From IMG/VR virus record IMGVR_UViG_2579779073_000002: a stretch of DNA of 64,000 bases; one strand, given 5' to 3'. The notes below the pieces were generated by a model that saw only the letters and a program-made list of their open reading frames with translations, searched no databases and was not told where the DNA came from. Positions 55,504 through 64,000 of this stretch are shown here, in pieces; position 1 is the first letter of the stretch, and every line of letters starts with the position of its first letter. A program made the position numbers and the translations under genes. The DNA is from an uncultured virus (IMG/VR IMGVR_UViG_2579779073_000002). Lineage: Duplodnaviria > Heunggongvirae > Uroviricota > Caudoviricetes.

Positions 55504-58500
55504 GTGGAACTTGAAGAAATTGAACTGCTATTCAAAGTGAACACTGAACAAATGGAACAACAATTTGCCAAGGTTCAACCGATGATTGATAAATTGATGG
55601 GGAAGACCGCTGATAGTGCGAAGTCCGGTATGGACAAGACCGAGCAGTCGATGGATGTTTCTAAAGGTGTTCAAAAGTTGCAAGACCAGTTGTCCGGTTT
55701 GAACGAGACTATCAAAACTGCATTCGAACGAATGAGTAGCTCGACATCTACCGGGGCTAGCAAGGTCAACCAGAATGCTGGCAAGATGTTTACCGGTAGC
55801 CGGGTTAAGGTAAAACAGGACTTACAGGCTATGCTGAGTGATATCAATGCAAAGATGGATCAGGCCCGAGCTGCTCAAGCCAAGATGCGTGACTTAATGA
55901 ATCAAAAAACGTCCTTGAATACCGCTCAACAGAATGGGACGCAAGGAATTAAAATTGATAATCAGGTTGCGTCCGCTCAAGCTCAGATGACGCGTTATCA
56001 AAACCAAGCTAAAGCTCTAGCCCAATCAATGCGACAAGAATTTAAAGCGGTGCCGGACTCACTGCGGCAGATTTCTAAAGCTATGGATCAAAACGAAGTT
56101 AAAATTGAAACCTATCGGCGTCAGTTGAAGGCGTTGCAGGGCTCCTATCGTGATGTTCAGGATTCTATGAAGACGATGGGTGCCAGCGACCGGCTGACCA
56201 AGCAAAGCACGGCACTTGAAAAGAGCATCCTGAGCACACGCGATAAGATGAACAAGCTCATTAATTCCAATGATAGTCTGAACAAGAGCTATGCTTATGT
56301 TTCTGATCGTGGTGACGAACTTAAATCTGTAATTGGTAAGCTCAATACTGAGATGGGTGAATCCGGGACGGCTGCTACACGAGCGGCAGGTTCGTATAAT
56401 CGTTTCGGCAGTGCGGCAAGTAGCGCAATGAATAAAGGATCAGGTTCCGGTAAGGGGCCTTCTAATTGGTTCAGTCGCATTAGCAACGGTATTCAAAGTG
56501 CAACAAGTCGGATACGCAATTTTGGAAATAGTAGTAGTTCTTCAATGAACAAAGCCTCTTCTAGTGCTAGACGGACCAGTGGGGCCCTGGGCGGCATTGC
56601 CCAGCAGTTGAAGTACCTCCCATCACAATTAATCGTATTTGGGTTGCTGTACCAAGGCTTGACGCAACTTGCTACTGGGATGATGACAGCATTTAAGACG
56701 AACGCGCAGTTTGCAAGTAGTCTGAATCAAATCAAGGTCAATTTACTGACAGCATTCTATCCGATTTACAACTTTGTACTTCCGGCTGTCAATGCATTAA
56801 TGTCGTCATTATCTAAAGCGACATCATGGTTGGCACAGTTCACATCAGCACTAACGGGTATGAGCTATTCCAAGGCGCGGCAAGGTGCTCAGGGACTTTA
56901 TGAGCAATCTAAGGCACTAAATGACACGGCTGCCGCTTCTAGCAAAGCTTCTGCTTCTGTTAAGAAGGCAAACGAAGAGATTCGAAAGCAAAATGCGGCT
57001 CAGGCTAAATCAGTTCGTGAAGCAAATGCTCAAATTCGGGCGCAAAATCAGGCTCAAGCAGCCTCAGTTCGTGAGGCTAATCGACAAATTGCGGAGTCGA
57101 ACAAACAAGGTGCTGCCAAAGTTCGTGCTGCTAACGCGGCAATTGAAGCCGCCAATAAACGTTCTCAGGCTTCCATGGAAGCAACCAAGAAAAAGAACAA
57201 AGAACTCATGCAGTCTTTAATGGGATTTGATGAGCTCAATGTCTTGGATAAGAGTAGCGATGATGAAGACTATTCCTACGATAAAAAGCCTAAAGAGACA
57301 TTTACGCCGCAAGAAATGCAAGCTGCGCCAGAGTCAACACCCACGCAAAGTGCACCAGAAAGTACACCGTTGCAGTCGACGGATGACATTGGTAGTGAAG
57401 CCGGTAATGATGGTGTTAATTTTGGTGTTCCGTTAGGTCAGTCATTCAATAGCGCAACGGATGCAGCNAAAAAAGTTACAAAAAGTTTTGGGTGAACTTT
57501 TTGATCCAATGAAGGCGGCGTGGGACGCCAAGGGTAAGTCGGTAGTAGATGCGGCTAAGTATGCTTGGAAAGAGGTCGGACGTGCCCTTGGGGATGTTGG
57601 TCGGTCGTTTATGCATGTATGGGATAACGGCACTGGTCAGAAGACAGTTGAGGCTATTTTACAATTGTTAGCAGACATGCTTAATATTATTGGCGATATT
57701 GCCAAAGCTTTCTCACAAGCATGGGAAGGTGGCGGCGGTCGTGGTACTAAGCTAGTCCAAACCATTTTTAATTCGCTAAATAATGTATTGAAACTGATAC
57801 ATGATATTGCCACTTCATTCCGTAGTGCATGGAATGGTGGCAATCTGGGCGAACGGATTTTTGCCAATCTCATTACGTTGGTGACAAATTTAGTCGGGCT
57901 GATTGGTGATATCGCTAAGGCGTTTGATAATGCATGGAATCATGGCAACACTGGTACCAAGCTTATTCAATCAATTTTAAATGCATTGAACGCTGTAATA
58001 AAAGTGCTTAATAATATTGCAGTAGCATTTCGTAATGCTTGGAATAGTGGTGCGGGTGAGAAAATTGCATCAAATCTCTACAAGATATTCACAAACATCT
58101 TTAATACTGTTAGTGCACTTGGCGGCCAATTTGACACGGCTTGGCAACATGGTGGCGTTGGTACATCTATTTTTAAAACGCTGCTCGGTATGGTTAATGA
58201 CATGTTGGGTGCGTTAAACGACATGACAGGAGCAACCGTTAAGTGGGCTTCTAAGCTTAATTTCACACCCTTACTACAATCGATTGATGGATTGCTAAAA
58301 GCGATTAGACCAGTAGTCAAAGATGTATGGGACGGCCTGGATTGGGGATATCAAAATATCCTGTTACCATTGGCCAAATACACGATTACTAATTTAATCC
58401 CAACGTTCTTCGATGCATTAGCTGCGGCGCTTAAGTTGTTTCACAGCATTATTCAAGCTTCACAGCCCGCATTTAAATGGATATGGGATTCGTTCCTTAA

Positions 58501-61336
58501 GCCGTTAGCAAAGTGGACTGGTGGAGTTATCGTTGGCGTGCTTAAGAAGTTAGTGGATGCATTGGGTGGAATTTCCAGTTGGGTAGATAAACACCATACG
58601 GCTGTTGAAGCAATGGCGAAAGTCTTAGTAACTATGTTTGCATTCAAAGTAACAATGACAGGATTAAGCAATGGAATAGGACTACTGGGGAATTTAGCTG
58701 ATAAAGCGGTTATTATCGGTGGTAAAGGGCATGTTCTCAGAGACTTTTTCAAAGGTATTACTGGAATTGATAAGTTAGAAGAAGCCGTTGGCAGTGTGAA
58801 GACATTATGGTCGCTTGCAAAAATGAAGTGGTCAGATTATGCTGCTGCATTAGCAGATGGTTGGAAGGCTCTCAAAAATTGGAGTATTTGGTCTAAATTG
58901 GCAGCCGCCGGACAAGCAGTATTAGATGCTGCAATGGATGCTAACCCAATAGGATTAGTCGTACTTGCGATTGCGGCATTAGTTGCTGGATTCGTCGCGC
59001 TATACAAACATAATAAGAAATTTAGAGATTTTTGTAATTCTGTGTGGAAGCATATAACCAAATGGTTTGGAGATTCAATCGATTGGATCTCTAAAAATTG
59101 GACTAAAATAATTGGTTTTATTATTAATCCGGTTGGCACGATTGCTTCCTGGTTCCTTAAAGATACAAAAACAGGTAAGAATATTCTTAAATGGGCATCG
59201 AAATTACCGGGTAAAGCCTCCGATTGGGCTAAGAGTGTTGGTAAAAAGGTTGGGACCCATATAACTAATGCTAAGAAGGATTTCCAAAAAGCAGGAAAGA
59301 ATATTGGTAATTGGACTACTGGGTTTGTTGGCGGTGCTAAGAGAACTGTTAACACTTGGGCATCGAATATTGGCAACGGTGTTCATAAGAAAGTTTCTGA
59401 TGGTAAAAAGGCCGCTCAAGAAGCGGGTAAAAAGATTGGTAACTGGACGTCTGAGTTTACGAGCAAATCTAAAGGTGCAATCGTCGGTATTCGAAAATGG
59501 GCATCAAATATCGGTAGTAATGTTAATACTAAAGTCGAAGATGGCAAACGATTAGCCAAGAATGCGGGTAGTAAGTTAGGTTCATGGGTTAATAACTTTA
59601 GAACTGGCGCAAGTAAGACTGTCTCTAGTTGGGCTGGAAGTTTAGGCTCGAAGACTAATTCTGGAATGGGGAGTTCTAGAACGGCTGCGTTAAGAGCCGG
59701 TACTCAGTTAGGTAATTGGGTTGCTTCGTTTAGAACTGGCACGGGTAAAACAATTGCAAAATGGGCCGGTGGTTTAGGCGGTAAAATTGGTGGCGGTCTT
59801 TCATCTGGTTGGAAGTCTGTAAAAAAGGGTTCTGCGGATGTTGCTAATGCAATTATTGGTACGATTGGAAAAGCCGTTAATGGCGTTATCGATGGCATTA
59901 AATGGATTCTCAATCACGTAGGCGCCTCCAGCAAAGCAAAGTCATTGAGCCACTGGAGTGTTCCGTCATTTGCAACTGGTGGTCGCCATAAAGGTGGTCC
60001 AGCAATCGTTAATGATCAGGTTGGTGATAAGTATCGTGAAGCATACAAGTTACCAAATGGACGAACAGGTCTTTTCCCAGCAGTTCGCAATATGATGGTC
60101 AATCTTCCGAGAGGTACTCAAATTCTCAATGCGGCACAAACGGCTCGTAAAGCAACAGCAATGGTGCCACACTATGCCGGTGGTATTGGAGACTTTGATT
60201 TTGACTTTTCAAGTATTGGTAACTTCAATTTGCCAAGTTTCAACTTTAGCATGCCGAATTTTGGTGATTTGTTCAGTGGTATAGAGGACAGTGTAGGCAG
60301 TTTTGCCGATGGTGTGAAAGATACGGCAAGTGATATTTGGGACGATGTCACGCACCCTGAAAAAGTATTGAAAGCTGCTATGAACAAGTTTGTTAAATTT
60401 ACCGGCTTAGGTGGCTATCCGCTAGATGTTGCTAAAAGTATGGTGGATTTTAGTGTTGATAGCGCTAAAAGTTGGGTCGGTAAGATCCTCAAAGAATACG
60501 GCGAGAGCGAAGGACCAAATGGTGGATCAATCACTCATTCAATGATTAGTCGCGCACTCGAGATGACTAAAGTTCCTAAATCGCGGTGGTCAAAGATGCA
60601 ACACGATATCATTGAAGTGGCTAAGTCAGAGACCGGGAATCGAAATATTATGCAGACAATTACTGATGTGAACTCGCTAGCTGGTAATCCTGCAGGTGGA
60701 CCACTACAGTATGTCAAGTCAACCTTTGATGCATTTGCTTTTCCTGGACATCATAATTTCAGATCATCATTTGACCAAGTATTGGCTTATCTGAATAACT
60801 CAGACTATTACAATGCTGCTGGTCATACAGTCATTTGGGGCACGCCTAAATTTGATTGGTTGCACAGTGGACCGATTGGGCACCGCCGTTTTGCTAACGG
60901 CGGTCTTGTTGATACTCATCAAATGATCGAAGTGGCTGAACAGAATAAGCCGGAAATGGTTTTACCTTTAACTAACATTCCACGGTCAATGCAATTGATT
61001 AAGCAGGCACTAAGCTTCATGGGACAAACGTTCAGTGATGGCTTACAAATGCCCGCAGCTTTAACTCAGTCGATGGATATGAGCAGTCTGGCTAGTCAGC
61101 CAAGTAGTACAAGTACACAGAGTATGAATAGTGGTGGCATTAACGAGCTTGGAACAAGCATCGTTAATGCGATTGTACAGGGCTTACAAATGACAAACGT
61201 TGGCGGCAGCATGGACAATCAACCGATCAATGTGAACTTGACGTTGCAAGTTGGTGATGAGAAGTTTGGTAATGCTGCTATTAAAGGCATTAACGCGGTA
61301 AATCAGAAGAATGGTAAAAACATGTTGAGACTATAG
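55504..61336 (+). CDS. Tape measure protein with C-terminal lytic-transglycosylase-like domain; artificial split at N57468
   Basis: Trp/Phe periodic repeats, ANPIGLVV, SETG...GPLQYVKSTF; removing one base at N/A-run joins both ORFs. Confidence 0.9.
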
Positions 61337-61349
61337 GAGATGATTACGA

Positions 61350-61712
61350 TTGACATATTCACTGAAGATTGGTGGGACAGTGGTTAAAGCACCACAGTCC
61401 CTAGAAGTTGCAATCCAAGATATTGATGCAAAAGCATCACGTGACGCGAATGGACTTTTGCATCGAGACCGTGTCGCAATCAAACGCAAGTTAACAGTAA
61501 AATGGGGGCCGCTAACACTGGCCGAGAATAGCACAATACTAAAAGCTGTCTCTGGACAGTTTTTTTCTTGCAGTTATTTAGACCCACAAGAAGGTGCAGT
61601 AGTGACCAAAACATTTTATGTTGGTGATCGGACTGCACCGATTTATACACTTAATCCAGTGACATCAGATTATATTTGGCAAAATGTTTCAATGGATTTC
61701 ATTGAACAGTAG
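61350..61712 (+). CDS. Small tail (distal tail-like) protein
   Basis: Synteny; RDANG..HRDRVA.KRKL...FYVGDR. Confidence 0.7.
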   Translation: MTYSLKIGGTVVKAPQSLEVAIQDIDAKASRDANGLLHRDRVAIKRKLTVKWGPLTLAENSTILKAVSGQFFSCSYLDPQEGAVVTKTFYVGDRTAPIYTLNPVTSDYIWQNVSMDFIEQ

Positions 61713-61726
61713 GCGGGTGAAAATTA

Positions 61727-64000
61727 ATGATTAAGCAATCTGATTTAGCCCTCGCTGCATGGAAGGCAACTGAACGGACGTTGGATGCAGTTGTCACAAT
61801 TAACAAGATTGACTATAAAACGACAGATATTGCATCCATTTCATATGACGCAGGTGGCTATACTGGAGATACGTTTGGTATTGGTTCGAATTATGAAAAC
61901 AGCGTGACAATTAAGTTTTCACACTTAATTGAAGGACTTAAACCTGGCATGACGGTATGGCCTAAGATTGGCATAAAAACATCTAATGGCTACGAGTATA
62001 GCTCGCTTGGCCTCTTTATCGTATCAGATGACATTCAAATGGACCGAAACAACGATGAGACAACAATTAAGGCATATGACCAGATGTGTCTATTGGAGGG
62101 TACCTACACTTCTAAGTTAACTTACCCTGCGAAAATGACCAGTGTGATTGCAGAAATTGCAAATTTGGCTGGCGTGTTACTCAATACAACTGACATTAGT
62201 CGTTTGCCTGTACAAGTTAACTTACCGAGTGCTATTACCGGTCAAACGTATCGAAATGCAATTGGCATGATTGCTCAATTTTATGCTGGATTTGCAACGT
62301 TTGATAGGGACGGCAAATTAACAATTCGCACGATTACAGAGCCAGATTATACATTAGACCCGAGCCAATATGAACAAGGTGGCTTAACAAAAAATGAAGC
62401 ACCATACAAAATTGGCGGTATTCAGTGTGAGGTCACAACGACTACTACGGATTCAACAGGTCAGAGTACCGAAACTACAAACACGCTTCAAGTAGGGGCA
62501 GCGTCAGGATCACAGATTAAACTCACCAACAATTTGATGACAATGGATCGTTTAGCATCAATATGGCAACAGTTACAAAGCTTGACCTTCTACCCTTTCA
62601 GTTTGAATTGGTTTGGCAATCCTGCAATAGAAGCTGGCGATTGGCTAACACTACAGGATACTAAAGGAAACAAGTTCAACGTGCCTAATAATGGTTATAC
62701 TATGACGTTTGATGGCAGTTTGTCTGCTGTTTCTAAAGCAGATCAGACCTCAACCTCTAGTAGTAGCTATGCTTGGCGAGGCGAGCTATCACAATATGTT
62801 GCTGACTTAGGTGGACGGCAAGGTGCTTCAGGTAACTATATCTATGGTACAGATACAACTGAACCGCCATACGGAGCTAAATTTAACGATATCTGGTACA
62901 AGCAGAACGGTAATAAAGTTGAATTGTGGACTTACGAGCGTCAGGCAGATGGAACTGGTAAATGGGTACTTACTGTGTCGGACGCTACTGGGGAAGAAGT
63001 GAAAGCAAAAGTTGACCAAGTGGAACTGGAAGCTAAGGCTAGTACAGATGCAGCTAAAGCGGCCAGTGATAAAGCTGACCAGCTTGCGGCCAAGTACGAT
63101 GATACGAATGCACTAGCTCATCAAGCAGTAGACAAAGCTGTAAGTGCCCAAAGTGACGCTAGTATCGCAGTTGCCACAGCAAACTCAACAGCTTCGGGAT
63201 TTGGTAGAGTTGAAGGAAAAGCTGGCAATGCCTTATCCAGTGCCTTGAATGCTCAAAGTGCTGCTAGTGACGCAGTTAAACAGGCTTCTTCTGCAGCCGC
63301 TGACTCTAAAGATGCTAAGCAAATTGCTGGATCAGTTAGCCAGAGTTATAAGACGTTAACAGACGGATCAACTATGACTATCGCTGAACTACAGAATGGC
63401 CTAGCTGCTAAGTTGACTAAAAGTGACTTGGACGGATATTCCACCCAGACCTGGACTCAAAATCAGATTAAAATGACTGCTGATGGAATTAACGGAACCA
63501 TGTCCAGCATCAAGAGTACTGTTGATAGTCAGACTACCAGCATTAATGACCTCAAGGCTGACTCAAACTCGTTTAAGAGCCAATTTGATACTGTCACTAA
63601 AACGTTGGGCAAGCAAACTACCGATATTGGTTCTTTACAGGCATCGTCTAAGGAATTAACTACTGGGTTTAATACGCTTACAACTGATAACACGACCAAT
63701 AAGAACGACATTAGTCAGTTGAAACAAACTGCCACTGAAGTAAGCAGTACCTTAGAAACTGTTCAGACGCAGGTTCAAGATAGTGCTATTGGGACGAACT
63801 TATTACTCAACACTGGTGATGATAATGACGCAAGTCATCCTGTTAAAATGCTTACTGGGAACTTAACCGTATCTGGCTACTTGTCTAGAACAAAAGAGTA
63901 TACCCAGGTAACTGCTCCGCCATCCCCATCATCTGAGATGTACTACCGATTTGGTGGTCCAGAAGCAAATGAAATGCATGGTTTGGAGCCAGGTCAAACG
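61727..64000 (+). CDS. Tail tip / host-specificity protein, runs off the window
   Basis: ATG 61727 (MIKQSDLALAAWKATERTLD...); reads open to the edge; Ala-rich coiled region and GTNLL motif; absent from the track for lack of a stop. Confidence 0.8.
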   Translation, partial: MIKQSDLALAAWKATERTLDAVVTINKIDYKTTDIASISYDAGGYTGDTFGIGSNYENSVTIKFSHLIEGLKPGMTVWPKIGIKTSNGYEYSSLGLFIVSDDIQMDRNNDETTIKAYDQMCLLEGTYTSKLTYPAKMTSVIAEIANLAGVLLNTTDISRLPVQVNLPSAITGQTYRNAIGMIAQFYAGFATFDRDGKLTIRTITEPDYTLDPSQYEQGGLTKNEAPYKIGGIQCEVTTTTTDSTGQSTETTNTLQVGAASGSQIKLTNNLMTMDRLASIWQQLQSLTFYPFSLNWFGNPAIEAGDWLTLQDTKGNKFNVPNNGYTMTFDGSLSAVSKADQTSTSSSSYAWRGELSQYVADLGGRQGASGNYIYGTDTTEPPYGAKFNDIWYKQNGNKVELWTYERQADGTGKWVLTVSDATGEEVKAKVDQVELEAKASTDAAKAASDKADQLAAKYDDTNALAHQAVDKAVSAQSDASIAVATANSTASGFGRVEGKAGNALSSALNAQSAASDAVKQASSAAADSKDAKQIAGSVSQSYKTLTDGSTMTIAELQNGLAAKLTKSDLDGYSTQTWTQNQIKMTADGINGTMSSIKSTVDSQTTSINDLKADSNSFKSQFDTVTKTLGKQTTDIGSLQASSKELTTGFNTLTTDNTTNKNDISQLKQTATEVSSTLETVQTQVQDSAIGTNLLLNTGDDNDASHPVKMLTGNLTVSGYLSRTKEYTQVTAPPSPSSEMYYRFGGPEANEMHGLEPGQT

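Larger units (their letters stand above)
23800..64000. mobile_element. Temperate siphoviral prophage (SPP1-like head module), right end outside window
   Basis: Ordered modules: int, immunity, RecT/replication, ArpU, terminases, portal, capsid, neck, tail, tape measure; left boundary inferred because attR is not visible. Confidence 0.92.

Noticed and set aside
55504..61336. Two separate tape-measure genes
   Set aside because: The split coincides with an N beside an A-run; one-base removal restores a single ORF.
62811..63711. Short track ORFs near the right edge
   Set aside because: They lie within the long open frame from 61727 that runs off the window.
9124..64000. One large prophage
   Set aside because: Two integrases, two incompatible packaging modules, separate tRNA targets, and att repeats closing the first element.

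Overview
Low-GC Firmicute chromosome; gene content suggests a lactobacillus such as Lactiplantibacillus plantarum (recognition only, not verified). Three blocks are present. (1) 1-9.1 kb, host DNA: the end of an ABC exporter, a tandem array of seven paralogous 43-47 aa peptide genes missed by the ORF track, an LPXTG/MucBP-type adhesin with a KxYKxGKxW signal, a coiled-coil protein with a glycosyltransferase-like domain, and a MarR regulator. (2) 9124-23295: a ~14.2 kb phage satellite integrated at tRNA-Gln(CTG), bounded by a 15-bp att core. It encodes a complete HK97/cos-type head module but no tail or lysis genes (capsid-forming PICI architecture). It also carries its own tRNA-Asn and an inverted duplicate of its probable origin. 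(3) ~23.8 kb to the window end: an SPP1-like siphoviral prophage beside tRNA-Glu(CTC). Its lysogeny arm holds one tRNA-Gly plus five tRNA-scaffold RNAs whose anticodon arms are replaced by unique 35-44 nt, mostly anti-Shine-Dalgarno-like inserts, interleaved with accessory genes. This is the best candidate for an undescribed system. The prophage also has a second tRNA/tRNA-mimic cluster, a methylase-nuclease cassette flanked by a 103-bp direct repeat, a Prp protease with two candidate substrates and a MuF toxin-immunity pair. Several single-base homopolymer frameshifts and one N point to sequencing errors. All family assignments are motif recognition by eye, not database results.
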